A stretch of 64,000 nucleotides of DNA, from positions 378,259 through 442,258 of the forward strand of contig CAZNUP010000001.1 of the NCBI GenBank assembly GCA_964576435.1, in the 5' to 3' direction. Positions 47,479 to 57,708 of the stretch are shown here, in pieces; within the stretch, counting starts at the first letter, position 1, and each line of letters opens with the position of its first letter. A program made the position numbers and the translations under genes. The notes under the pieces were generated by a model. It was not told the origin of the DNA and ran no database searches. It worked only from the letters and a program-made list of their open reading frames with translations. The DNA is from an uncultured Gammaproteobacteria bacterium (GTDB taxonomy: Bacteria; Patescibacteriota; Microgenomatia; JAMCZE01).

Positions 47479-49188
47479 ATGTCCTGGAAAAGGGATCTTT
47501 TAGCCCTATTTTTACTCCTAATTTTGAGCGTATTTGCAGTTTTGCCGCTATTCCATGCAGGGTATTTCACAATGCACGACGATCAGCATATCGTTCGCTT
47601 GTTTGAGTTCGATAAAGCACTTCTTGCCGGTCAATTTCCAGTCCGCTGGATAGCAGGCCTTGGTTTTGGCTTTGGATATGCTCTTTTCAACTTTTACCCA
47701 CCCCTTATCTATTATGTTGGAGAATTTTTCCATCTCATAGGTTTTAGCCTTATTGATTCTGTAAAAGCAGTTTGGTTTTTAGCAATTGTCGGATCGGGTT
47801 TTGCCATGTACTTTCTGGCAAAAAATTTCTTCGGTCGTATAGGAGCTCTTGTAGCAGCTCTTTTCTACATGTATGCCCCATATCATGCAGTTGATGCCTA
47901 TGTAAGAGGGGCCTTGGCAGAACTCGCTTCGTTTGTTTGGCTGCCTCTAATTCTCCTCTTTGCAAAAAAAGCAGCAGAAACAGGTAAGTTAAAGTACTCT
48001 CTTTGGACTGGGATTTTTCTTGGCCTTTTAATGCTTACCCATAACCTAATTTTCCTTCCATTCTTTGGTCTTTCGGTTTTGTGGTTTGGTGCGATGGTCT
48101 TAATTTATAAAACCAAATTAAAAACCGCTATTGGCCTTTTTTTATTATCCACAGTTTTATGTTTTGGATTAACTGCATTTTTCTGGCTGCCAAGCCTTTG
48201 GGAAAAACAGTTCACTTTAGTTGATAGTCTGCTTATTAAAAATCTAGCCTCATATAACATTCACTTTGTATGCCCAAGTCAGTTGTGGGACAGCCTGTGG
48301 GGATTTGGTGGTTCAATTCCAGGTTGTGTCGATGGTTTATCCTTTAAGATTGGCAAGCTTCATATTCTTGTATCAATTGCGGCAGCTTTTGTTGCCATCT
48401 ATCTTTGGATAAAAAACCAACGCAAGCTATCTTTAGTTGTTTTAACCGGATTGATGCTTTTATCTTTTAGCATTTTTATGACTACCAACTATTCCAAATT
48501 TATTTGGGATAATATTTCACTTTTGTGGTATCTCCAGTTTCCGTGGAGATTCCTAGAATTTGTCACTCTATTTTCATCTTTTTTGGTTGCCAGCCTTTTT
48601 ATTGTCTTGCCAAATAAATACGCCAAGGCAGGATTAGGAGCTTTCCTTATTGCCTTACTGTTTTTTGTAAATCTAAAACTTTTTGTCCCCCAACAATATT
48701 TGGAAGACGCTACAGATAAAAAGTTAACAACTAATGAAGAAATCAAGTGGCGAGTGAGTGGAACCTCATTTGAGTATATGCCAAAAGGTGTTGCTACTAA
48801 GCTAACTGACAAAGGAGCTGTTTGGGTAGACATCGAAAAAGAACAGATTCCAAACCTACCATATAAGACAACTCTCAGCACCACTTCACAAAAGTTTACC
48901 CCCTCAAGTTTTACTTTCATAACGGACAACTTGAACGCTGGTACAGTTCAAATTCAAACCACTAACTTCCCAGGATGGAAAGTTTGGATTGACGGAAAAG
49001 AAGTAAAGATTACTGACAACAATAAATATAAATTGATCACGATATCTGTTCCAGCTGGAAACCATGAAGTTGTTGGTAAATTTGAAAATACAAATGTTCG
49101 AACGCTTGGCGATTCAATTACCCTAATTACACTTTTTGCGCTTATAATTTTTACAGTATTTAACCTATGGAAATTGAAGAAACAGTAA
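47479..49188 (+). CDS. YfhO-related (PTPS-related membrane domain) GT-C protein
   Basis: HDD, GQFPVRW, RGALAE, QFPWRF and FPGW motifs; ATG 6 nt after TATAAT. Confidence 0.82.
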   Translation: MSWKRDLLALFLLLILSVFAVLPLFHAGYFTMHDDQHIVRLFEFDKALLAGQFPVRWIAGLGFGFGYALFNFYPPLIYYVGEFFHLIGFSLIDSVKAVWFLAIVGSGFAMYFLAKNFFGRIGALVAALFYMYAPYHAVDAYVRGALAELASFVWLPLILLFAKKAAETGKLKYSLWTGIFLGLLMLTHNLIFLPFFGLSVLWFGAMVLIYKTKLKTAIGLFLLSTVLCFGLTAFFWLPSLWEKQFTLVDSLLIKNLASYNIHFVCPSQLWDSLWGFGGSIPGCVDGLSFKIGKLHILVSIAAAFVAIYLWIKNQRKLSLVVLTGLMLLSFSIFMTTNYSKFIWDNISLLWYLQFPWRFLEFVTLFSSFLVASLFIVLPNKYAKAGLGAFLIALLFFVNLKLFVPQQYLEDATDKKLTTNEEIKWRVSGTSFEYMPKGVATKLTDKGAVWVDIEKEQIPNLPYKTTLSTTSQKFTPSSFTFITDNLNAGTVQIQTTNFPGWKVWIDGKEVKITDNNKYKLITISVPAGNHEVVGKFENTNVRTLGDSITLITLFALIIFTVFNLWKLKKQ

Positions 49189-50651
49189 ATAAAACAATTC
49201 GAAGCATTGTAGCCTTAATGGGTAGGTCAATTTTTTTGCAGCTTATAAATTTCGTTGCTTTCTTCTTTCTTGGGATTTTCCTAACCCCAAGTGCATTCGG
49301 TGCCTTCATTGTTGTTGCTGCATTAATGAAAATATTCACTCTTTTTACAGACGTTGGTTTGGGTGCTGCTTTAATTCAACAAAAAGACGAACCGTCAAAA
49401 GAAGAACTGTCAACGGCTTTTGTCATTCAAATGGCCCTAGTCATTACAGTTGTTGCCATAGGACTAATTCTGACACCAGTTGTAGCTTCATATGCTAAAT
49501 TAACTAGTCCCGAAGTAGTTCTCTATCAAGTTCTTCTTGTTGTCTTAATTATTTCCTCCCTCAAAACCATTCCTTCAATCCTCATGGAAAGGCGCCTAGC
49601 CTTTGATAAACAGATTATTCCTCAAATTGTGGAATCAATTGTTTTTAATACTATTGTTGTAGTCCTGGCTTTTAAAGGGTTTGAAGTTGCCTCCTATTCC
49701 TACGCAATTCTAATTTCCGCTTTGATTGGCCTCCCTATTTATTATTTAGTTTCACCCTGGAGAATATCTCTCAAATTTTCAAAGAATCTTGCGGGCAAGC
49801 TTTTCTCATATGGTATCTTTTTCCAAGGAAAAAGTACTCTAGCTGTCATCAAAGACGACCTTTTAATATTCGTGGTCTCAGGAATTGTTGGCACGTCGGG
49901 TATCGGTTTTTGGGGATGGGCTCAGAGATGGAGTTATTTCCCCTTTAGGTTTACGGTTGATTCGATAACTAAAGTCACTTTCCCAGCCTATTCGAGAGTC
50001 CAGCATGACAAAAACGCCCTAAGAGTTGGCATCGAGAAGTCTCTTTTAGCAACCAGTCTTATATTATTCCCAATTATTGTCCTTATGATGACCCACATCC
50101 AAAGATTCATCGAACTCATCCCAAAATACATTAAATGGGAGCCAGCCTTACCATCATTTTATTTACTCTGTCTAACAGCCTGCATAGCTGCCCTCTCAAG
50201 TATCCTTATAAATGCACTGGACGCTACAGGAAGAGTCAAGACGACACTTGGACTAATGGTCTTTTGGATAATTTTGACTTGGGGATTAACTCTAAGTTTG
50301 ACTTACAAAATTGGTTTTACTGGAATTGCTCTTGCTTCATTTTTAGTATCTCTAACGATCGTCTTAACTATCTATATAGTTAAAAGAGTTGTAGATTTCA
50401 CTTTCTTTAAAAATATTATCCATGCAATAATTGGATCGGTTGCAATTGCTGTTGTGGTAATCCCAGTTACCAAACTCTTACCAAATAACCTCATAACCTT
50501 TGCCCTAACACTTGGCCTAGGCTGTATAATTTATGGAATCGTGATTTACCTAATTGCTGGAAATGAACTTCGCGATAATTTAAAGATTGTAATTGGTGCC
50601 TTTAAAAAGCCTGCAGCTATAGAAAAACCAGACGAAGAAATTTATGACTAA
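49167..50651 (+). CDS. Wzx/MOP-family oligosaccharide flippase
   Basis: DVGLGAALIQ and FPAYSRVQ motifs; 12-14 TM. Confidence 0.88.
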   Translation: MEIEETVNKTIRSIVALMGRSIFLQLINFVAFFFLGIFLTPSAFGAFIVVAALMKIFTLFTDVGLGAALIQQKDEPSKEELSTAFVIQMALVITVVAIGLILTPVVASYAKLTSPEVVLYQVLLVVLIISSLKTIPSILMERRLAFDKQIIPQIVESIVFNTIVVVLAFKGFEVASYSYAILISALIGLPIYYLVSPWRISLKFSKNLAGKLFSYGIFFQGKSTLAVIKDDLLIFVVSGIVGTSGIGFWGWAQRWSYFPFRFTVDSITKVTFPAYSRVQHDKNALRVGIEKSLLATSLILFPIIVLMMTHIQRFIELIPKYIKWEPALPSFYLLCLTACIAALSSILINALDATGRVKTTLGLMVFWIILTWGLTLSLTYKIGFTGIALASFLVSLTIVLTIYIVKRVVDFTFFKNIIHAIIGSVAIAVVVIPVTKLLPNNLITFALTLGLGCIIYGIVIYLIAGNELRDNLKIVIGAFKKPAAIEKPDEEIYD

Positions 50652-51537
50652 GTTGTCAGTTGCTATTGCTACATATAACGAAGAAAAAAACATTGAAAGA
50701 TGCCTAAAGTCAGTTAGCTTTGCTGATGAAATTGTAGTAGTTGATGAATCTTCAATTGATAAAACTGCAGAAATTGCTAAGATGCTTGGTGCAAAAGTCT
50801 TTAAAGTAAAAAAGGAAGAGAATTTTCATAATACAAAACAAACTGCGATTGAAAAATGCACATCTGATTGGATTCTTGTAATGGACGCGGATGAAGAAGT
50901 GTCAAAAGAACTTAAGTCCGAAATCCAAGCAACCATAGAATCAAATACTGACTTTAGTGGTTTCGAAATCCCAAGAAGAAACAAAATTTTCGGCAAGTGG
51001 TTTGGTCACACTGGTTTTTATCCGGATTACCAAGTAAGACTATTTAAAAAAGGCAAAGGTAAACAACCTGGAAAAAGTTTTCATGAAATGATTGAAGTAA
51101 GTGGTGACAGGGGCAAATTGACGAACGACTTACTTCACTATCACTACACTTCAATTGACCAGTTTGTAACAAGATTAAATAGATATACAACAAATGATGC
51201 GAATTATTTGCTTTCTAAAGGAGAAAAGGTAGTTTGGTCAGACAGTATAAAATTCCCAACTGATGAATTTCTTAAAAGATTCTTTTTCTGGGAGGGTTAC
51301 AAAGACGGACTTCATGGTTTAATGTTATCTTTATTGCAAGCATTAAGTAGGGCAGTCGTTTTTGCAAAAATGTGGGAAGCACAAGGCTTTTTTGAATATC
51401 AAGGATCAGACTTCTTGGGAGATGTTAAGATGGAAGGCCAGAAAGTTAAAGCAGATTTAGATCACTACTTAATTCAAACCACAAAAAACCCCGCCAAGAA
51501 ACTTTCATTAAAATTAAAAAGAAAATTAAACATTTAA
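50644..51537 (+). CDS. GT2 (WaaE/KdtX-like) glycosyltransferase
   Basis: TYNEE, DADE, YPDY.RLF, HE and GYKDG motifs. Confidence 0.88.
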   Translation: MTKLSVAIATYNEEKNIERCLKSVSFADEIVVVDESSIDKTAEIAKMLGAKVFKVKKEENFHNTKQTAIEKCTSDWILVMDADEEVSKELKSEIQATIESNTDFSGFEIPRRNKIFGKWFGHTGFYPDYQVRLFKKGKGKQPGKSFHEMIEVSGDRGKLTNDLLHYHYTSIDQFVTRLNRYTTNDANYLLSKGEKVVWSDSIKFPTDEFLKRFFFWEGYKDGLHGLMLSLLQALSRAVVFAKMWEAQGFFEYQGSDFLGDVKMEGQKVKADLDHYLIQTTKNPAKKLSLKLKRKLNI

Positions 51538-51572
51538 CTTCCAATTTAGTAGCAGCCATTGGGACCTGCCTA

Positions 51573-53123
51573 GTGGTTTTTTTTCAAACCCGTTTTCTAG
51601 TAGCAAGCGGTCTGCGTGACGTATCTGGAAACTTAGTTTTCCATGGTATTGTTCTTTTCAGGGATAGCTCAATCCATTTAGCCCTAATTACTGAGCTTTT
51701 GAAATCATTCCCCCCTAAAAATTTCACATATACAGCTCTTGGAATTGAACCATTAAAAAACTATCATTTTCTCTACGACATAATCCTAGCAAGCCTAATT
51801 AAAATAACAGGTTTAAATATTAATTTTGTCTATTTTCAACTTGCCCCTGTTATTATCTCTTTCCTTCTTTGCCTGACAATCTATATAACAACCTTAAAGC
51901 TTAGTAAAAATCGTTGGGCCGCAGCCCTTTCAATTTTCTTTGTAGTTTTTGGAACTGGTGTAAGTCAGATCCCTAATCAGTTCATGGCCGATCAGATTTT
52001 GAGTAACCTCGTAAATCCTCATGGTGGACTAAGTTTGGCTCTTTTTTTAACTCTTTTCCTTTTACTTTTCTCATATGAGAAGGGAAATAAAAAAGCTTTA
52101 ATTTTTTATGCACCACTTCTGGCTCTATCATTCTCTTTAAAAGCTTATGGGGGAATAGTTTTTGCCGGTGGTGCAGTTGTAGCCGCACTTGGCTTTTATA
52201 TCTTAAAAAAAGATAGGCTAATGCCATTAGTCACTCTTTGTTCGCTCTTTGGCATGGCAGCGCTTATCTTCCTCACGATTGACAACAAAGCAGCTGGCCT
52301 ATCCTTTGCCCCACTTTGGACACTAAATCATTTGGCAGCTGATTCAGATAAACTGAATAATCCAAGTTTCCTTACAGGTTCAATTGTTAAGCTTATTCCA
52401 GCTTACTTTTTAGTTTTTGCAGTCTATTTGTGCGGCAATTTGGGGATTAGGATACTTGGATTCTTCGCAATTTTTGAAAAGATAAAAAAACCTTCTAAAA
52501 TCTCCCCTGCCTTTCTCTTTCTTTTGTCAGTGGCTCTTGCCTCACTAACAATTCCTCTAGTTTTTAACCAGGGTAAAAAGGCCTATGACATAATCCAATT
52601 CACTTCTTATTTCCTGCTCTTTATGGGAATTATGTTCTCAGTAGCTCTATTTGATTTATTGCCAAAGCTAAAATTCAAATTTCTTCAAATACTCATTGTG
52701 GTACTCACAATCCTATTTTTAGTTTTTATGAATTGGCCAAAAATGACAGGATCTGTGGAAAAGGTTGTCATAAGTAAAAATCTTGTCACGGCTGGAGATT
52801 TTATTCAAAAAAATTCCGAGCCTTATGCAATTTTCCTCCTGGCACCGACTGACTTTAATCTAGAATCAAACTGGTTTAACTATTTGTCAGCAAGAAGAAC
52901 CGTCTATTCTGGTTGGCGTATGGCAGATCAGATAGGAGTTCCTAAAGACTCTGGGGTTAAACTTATAACAACTGTGTTTGATTGCAAGAATAAGGAAGTA
53001 AAGTTTGACCTCGTCTTCCTAGAAGACAAAGATCGTCAGATGTTTGATAGAATTAATAGGTGCTATAAATTCACGGAGTGGTATAACAAAGATAAGGTAT
53101 TAATTTTGAAAAGAAAATCATGA
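51573..53123 (+). CDS. Multi-TM putative GT-C protein (true start probably upstream)
   Basis: RD..HL...FPP and YHF.YD pattern; many TMs. Confidence 0.65.
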   Translation: MVFFQTRFLVASGLRDVSGNLVFHGIVLFRDSSIHLALITELLKSFPPKNFTYTALGIEPLKNYHFLYDIILASLIKITGLNINFVYFQLAPVIISFLLCLTIYITTLKLSKNRWAAALSIFFVVFGTGVSQIPNQFMADQILSNLVNPHGGLSLALFLTLFLLLFSYEKGNKKALIFYAPLLALSFSLKAYGGIVFAGGAVVAALGFYILKKDRLMPLVTLCSLFGMAALIFLTIDNKAAGLSFAPLWTLNHLAADSDKLNNPSFLTGSIVKLIPAYFLVFAVYLCGNLGIRILGFFAIFEKIKKPSKISPAFLFLLSVALASLTIPLVFNQGKKAYDIIQFTSYFLLFMGIMFSVALFDLLPKLKFKFLQILIVVLTILFLVFMNWPKMTGSVEKVVISKNLVTAGDFIQKNSEPYAIFLLAPTDFNLESNWFNYLSARRTVYSGWRMADQIGVPKDSGVKLITTVFDCKNKEVKFDLVFLEDKDRQMFDRINRCYKFTEWYNKDKVLILKRKS

Positions 53124-53920
53124 TTTCAGCAGTTGTATTCACAAAAGATGGAGACGAGGAAATAATTGAACCTTGTCTAAAGACAGTCGCTTGGGCAGAT
53201 GAAGTGATAGTTATTGAAGACAATGCCTCTCCCAAACTTATGGTACTTCTTAAAAAATATGCGACAAAGATTGAAACGAGTAAAACCAGTGACTTTGCTA
53301 AAAGACATAATCAGGGTCAAGAACTAGCTAAAGGAGATTGGATTTTATATGTCGATTCTGATGAAAGAGTTTCCAAAGAACTTCAAAACCAAATTACAAA
53401 AGAACTAGAATCCCCTAAAGCAGATGCCTACGAGGTAAATAGAGTTAATTATTTCCTAGGCAAAAAAGTTCGCTACGGTGATAGATACCCTGACTATGTG
53501 ACTAGGCTATTTAAGAAGGCCAATCTTAAAGGTTGGACAGGGGAAATTCATGAATCGTCCCATGTTGAGGGGAGTATTGGCAAGTTAACTGGTCCACTGT
53601 ATCACTTAACTCACACCAATATATTTTCCATGATGGCAAAAACCAAAGACTATGCAGAAACAGAAGCTAAATTGAGGCTAGCAGCTAACCACCCTCCAGT
53701 TGTCGGATGGCGATTAGTTAGGGTTTTTGTGACTGAATTTTTCCATAGAATTTTTGGGCTGCAAGGATATAGACAAGGCACCGAAGGTTGGATTGATGGA
53801 ATATTCCAAGCATTTTCCATGTTTATTGTTTACGCGAGACTTTGGGAGATGCAAAGAAAGGAAACTTTAAAAGAAACCTACAAAGACATCGACAAAAAGA
53901 TCTTGGAGGAATGGTCATGA
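53120..53920 (+). CDS. GT2 (WaaE/KdtX-like) glycosyltransferase
   Basis: WADEV, DSDER, YPD..RLF and IHE motifs. Confidence 0.87.
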   Translation: MISAVVFTKDGDEEIIEPCLKTVAWADEVIVIEDNASPKLMVLLKKYATKIETSKTSDFAKRHNQGQELAKGDWILYVDSDERVSKELQNQITKELESPKADAYEVNRVNYFLGKKVRYGDRYPDYVTRLFKKANLKGWTGEIHESSHVEGSIGKLTGPLYHLTHTNIFSMMAKTKDYAETEAKLRLAANHPPVVGWRLVRVFVTEFFHRIFGLQGYRQGTEGWIDGIFQAFSMFIVYARLWEMQRKETLKETYKDIDKKILEEWS

Positions 53921-54948
53921 AAGTTGGCATCTATAGCCCGTATTTAGATAGCCTTGGAGGTGGGGAACGCTACATTTTGACAATAGCGGAATTTTTTCTA
54001 AAAAAAGGTGACACGGTCGATATTTTTTGGAATAAATCAGGAGATCTTATAGACATGGGCAAGCGTTTTGGTTTGGATCTTCGCGGCGGAAAATTTGTTA
54101 GTAATCCGTTTTCCAAAAATCTTCTTGAGAAAATAAAGATTACACAAAGTTATGATTTAGTTGTTGCTCTCTCTGATGGAAGCATTCCTTTATCTTTCGG
54201 TAAAAAAAACTGGCTACACCTTCAAGTCCCCTTCCAAAAATCTAATAGACCAAAAACAATCGACAAGCTTAAATTTAAGTTTTATGAGCACATAATATGT
54301 AATTCAAATTTTACAAAAAAAGTGATCGACAAGACTTATGGCATAAATAGTACCGTTGTTTATCCACCTGTTGACGTAGAAGTATTTAAAAAAGGGAAAA
54401 AAGAAAATTTAATTATTTCTGTAGGCAGATTCGCCGCCTCTAAAAAGCAACAAGATTTAATTAAAGCATTTAAAAAGCTAAATACTTGGAAACTTATTTT
54501 TTTAGGGTCCCACACTCCAGATGTTTCTTTAGATATGGATAAACTTAGATCAAACGCCAAGGGCTTTAAAATTGAATTCAAGTTAAATGTCTCGTATGAC
54601 GTCCTTAAGGAAAGTTTTGAACAAGCCTCAATTTATTGGCATGGGGCTGGTTTTGGTGAGGATTTAAATGCGCATCCAGAAAATGCTGAACATTTTGGCA
54701 TTACAACCGTTGAGGCAATGAGCGCAGGATGTGTCCCCGTTGTTTTTGGGGGTGGTGGACAGTTGGAAATTATTGAAGAAGGTAAAACTGGATTCTTTTG
54801 GCAAACACAAGATGAATTAATTGAAAAGACGAGTAAATTAATTACTGATCCTAAACTTAGAGAAAAAGTTGCCGGAGAAGCTGTTTTAGCTTCCAAAAAA
54901 TTCAGTAAACAAAATTTCTATAATGCCCTAGAAAAACTTTTAATATGA
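53917..54948 (+). CDS. GT4 (GT-B) glycosyltransferase
   Basis: GGGERY, NS.FT, YPPVD and EHFGITTVEAM motifs. Confidence 0.92.
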   Translation: MKVGIYSPYLDSLGGGERYILTIAEFFLKKGDTVDIFWNKSGDLIDMGKRFGLDLRGGKFVSNPFSKNLLEKIKITQSYDLVVALSDGSIPLSFGKKNWLHLQVPFQKSNRPKTIDKLKFKFYEHIICNSNFTKKVIDKTYGINSTVVYPPVDVEVFKKGKKENLIISVGRFAASKKQQDLIKAFKKLNTWKLIFLGSHTPDVSLDMDKLRSNAKGFKIEFKLNVSYDVLKESFEQASIYWHGAGFGEDLNAHPENAEHFGITTVEAMSAGCVPVVFGGGGQLEIIEEGKTGFFWQTQDELIEKTSKLITDPKLREKVAGEAVLASKKFSKQNFYNALEKLLI

Positions 54949-57020
54949 AAAAATTTATACCACTATTTTTTCTATTTATTTTTACGTTCCTAGCATTCAA
55001 GCCGTTTTTTATTGACGGCAAATTACCAATTCCAGCTGACACATTAGTTGGCCTTTACCATCCTTGGCGAGATCAACAAAGTGCAAACTATCCAAATGGT
55101 GTTCCGTTCGATAATTTTCTAATAACTGACCCAATCCGCCAGCAGTATCCTTGGCGAAAATTAGCAGTCGAAAGTTTTAAAAATAACGAGTGGCCCAACT
55201 GGAATCCTTATCAATTATCAGGCACACCACTTCTAGCAAATTTGCAAACCGCCGCCCTTGCCCCTCTTAATGTTCTCTATTTTGTTCTACCATTTGAAAC
55301 TTCTTGGAGTATCCAAATTATTCTTCAAGTTCTCCTTGGTGGATTTTTTATGTATCTCTATTTGAGAAGTTTAAAGCTAGATATTTGGGCTATAACTCTC
55401 GGGACATTGTCTTGGGTTGGAAGTGGGTTTTTTGTAGGCTGGTTAGAATGGAACACTCTTGTTCAAGTCGCACTTTGGCTTCCACTAAGTCTCTATTTAG
55501 TTGATAAAGTATTTTTCTCCAAAAAGAAAATTATCTTTTCTGGTCTTTTTGCTCTTTCACTGGCGGCCAGTTTTCTTTCTGGGCATTTGCAGATCTTCTC
55601 CTATGTATTAGTTTTTGTAGTAGTTTACTCTCTTGCCAGATTCATCCAAACAAAAAAGATAAAAAGTCTATTATTACTCTTGTTAGCAGGTATTGTTTTC
55701 GTAATTTTAACCTCTCCTCAATGGATGCCAATGCTCACGCTTTTTGGTGAAAGTTCAAGAAGCCTTTCTCCAAATAGTTGGCAAAATCCAGGGTGGTTCC
55801 TTCCAGTTCAAAACTTAGCCCAGTTTATAGCACCTGATTTTTTTGGAAATCCTGCAACTTTGAACTATTTTGGAGTTTGGAACTACTTGGAATTTGTTGG
55901 TTACATAGGACTCGTTGGTTTGTTCTTTGCGCTTTTAGCACTAATTGGTAGGAGAGATAAAAAAACATTATTTTTTGGAGTTATCGTAGTAGTTTCTTTA
56001 GTTTTTATGCTTCCCACATTTTTTGCGAAACTTCCTTTTATATTTAATTTTCCCTTACTCTCGCAGGCACAACCAACCAGACTTATTGTATTAGTTGATT
56101 TCTCCCTGTCCGTTTTAGGAGCGTTGGGTTTGGATCATCTTTTAAAAAATAAAGACAAAAAGTCTGCCTTAATTTCACTTGGCATAATGTTCTTTGCACT
56201 TCTATTCCTTTGGGGAATTGCCTTAAGAAACGACTTTCCAGTCAGCTTAAGGAATCTCGTTTTACCATCGGGCACATTTTTGATCCTGGCACTGCTAGTC
56301 TTTGGGTTAGTTCTAGGAGGGACGCGGAAGAAGATGGTTTTATTAATTAGCATTTGTCTAATTTTTGTAGCATTTTTTGATATTTATAGATTTTTTGGGA
56401 AGTTTGAGTCTTTTTCAAATCCTGAATGGCTCTACCCAAAAAACAAAACCTTAACTTTCTTGATGAAAAACACTTCCTCTAACGAGGGTCCAACTAGGAT
56501 TGCCACTCTTGATGATAGGATCTTGCCACCAAACACCAATCTTCCATACAAACTTCAGTCAGTCGACGGCTATGACTCATTCTTTTTGACAGGTTATGCA
56601 AGTCTTGTTTCAAAGTACGAGAAAAACTATTCCTGGAATAGAATTTTGACTCCTAAAAATTTAACCACCCCACTTTTTGATACTTTGGGAGTTAAATATG
56701 TTCTCTCTTTGGATGCTGTAAAAAATCCAGGGTACAAATTAGTTTATGAGGAAGGACAAACTAAAGTTTATGAAAATATTTCGAGGAATCCTCGCGTAAA
56801 GGTATCGAGTGGCAAAGCTAAGATTATTAGTTACCAACCAAATGAAGTAATAATAACTGTAAATACCCCAAAAGCCAGTAAATTAGTTCTTTATGATCCT
56901 TATTATTCTTCATGGAAAGCAGCTGTGGACGGGAAGGAAACTGATATCCTCTTAACAGAACAAGCGTTTCGTGGAATAATGGTTCCACAAGGGAAGCACA
57001 CTGTCCGCTTTTTCTTCTAA
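54945..57020 (+). CDS. YfhO-family GT-C membrane protein
   Basis: WNPYQLSG.P, GHLQ, PDFFGNPAT and W.A.VDG motifs; paralogue of 41931. Confidence 0.85.
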   Translation: MKKFIPLFFLFIFTFLAFKPFFIDGKLPIPADTLVGLYHPWRDQQSANYPNGVPFDNFLITDPIRQQYPWRKLAVESFKNNEWPNWNPYQLSGTPLLANLQTAALAPLNVLYFVLPFETSWSIQIILQVLLGGFFMYLYLRSLKLDIWAITLGTLSWVGSGFFVGWLEWNTLVQVALWLPLSLYLVDKVFFSKKKIIFSGLFALSLAASFLSGHLQIFSYVLVFVVVYSLARFIQTKKIKSLLLLLLAGIVFVILTSPQWMPMLTLFGESSRSLSPNSWQNPGWFLPVQNLAQFIAPDFFGNPATLNYFGVWNYLEFVGYIGLVGLFFALLALIGRRDKKTLFFGVIVVVSLVFMLPTFFAKLPFIFNFPLLSQAQPTRLIVLVDFSLSVLGALGLDHLLKNKDKKSALISLGIMFFALLFLWGIALRNDFPVSLRNLVLPSGTFLILALLVFGLVLGGTRKKMVLLISICLIFVAFFDIYRFFGKFESFSNPEWLYPKNKTLTFLMKNTSSNEGPTRIATLDDRILPPNTNLPYKLQSVDGYDSFFLTGYASLVSKYEKNYSWNRILTPKNLTTPLFDTLGVKYVLSLDAVKNPGYKLVYEEGQTKVYENISRNPRVKVSSGKAKIISYQPNEVIITVNTPKASKLVLYDPYYSSWKAAVDGKETDILLTEQAFRGIMVPQGKHTVRFFF

Positions 57021-57024
57021 TTTA

Positions 57025-57708
57025 ATGAAGCTTTCAGTGATCATACCCGTTTTCAATGAGAAGAAGACTATCTCCAAGGTTATAAAAACAATTAAGAAAA
57101 CCACCTTCTTTGGATGGAAAAAAGAAATAATTGTTGTTGATGATGGTTCAACAGACGGGACAGTGGAAAGTTTGAGTCACTTTAAAGGCATTTATTCCCT
57201 AAAACACAAGAAAAATCTTGGCAAAGGAGCAGCCATAAAAAGTGGTCTTAGAAAAGCAAACGGTGACTACATAATTATTCAAGATGCTGATTTGGAGTAC
57301 AACCCATCAGAGATAGAAATACTCATTGCTGCGGCCAAACACAATCCAAAAGCTGTAATTTATGGCTCAAGGTTTAGAGGTAAACATGAAGACACTATTT
57401 TTGGCCACAAATTTGGAAATATGGCTTTAACCAAATTAACAAACCTCCTTTATGGCTCTCAGTTGTCCGATATGCAGACTTGCTATAAACTTATTCCAAG
57501 AGCGTTTCTAAGGAAAATAAAAATTGACAGTATGCGCTTTAATTTTGAGCCTGAAGTAACCGCTAAGCTTCTTTTGGCAAAGAAGGATATCCTAGAGGTA
57601 CCGATTTCTTATAAGAAACGAAGTTTTAGCGAAGGAAAAAAACTTTTTTGGTTCAAAGACGGAACTAGTGCAGTATGGACACTATTAAAATATCGATTCT
57701 TCTCTTAA
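57025..57708 (+). CDS. GT2 DPM/DPG-synthase-like glycosyltransferase
   Basis: IPVFNE, DDGSTDGT, QDADLEY and FEPEVTAK motifs. Confidence 0.9.
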   Translation: MKLSVIIPVFNEKKTISKVIKTIKKTTFFGWKKEIIVVDDGSTDGTVESLSHFKGIYSLKHKKNLGKGAAIKSGLRKANGDYIIIQDADLEYNPSEIEILIAAAKHNPKAVIYGSRFRGKHEDTIFGHKFGNMALTKLTNLLYGSQLSDMQTCYKLIPRAFLRKIKIDSMRFNFEPEVTAKLLLAKKDILEVPISYKKRSFSEGKKLFWFKDGTSAVWTLLKYRFFS

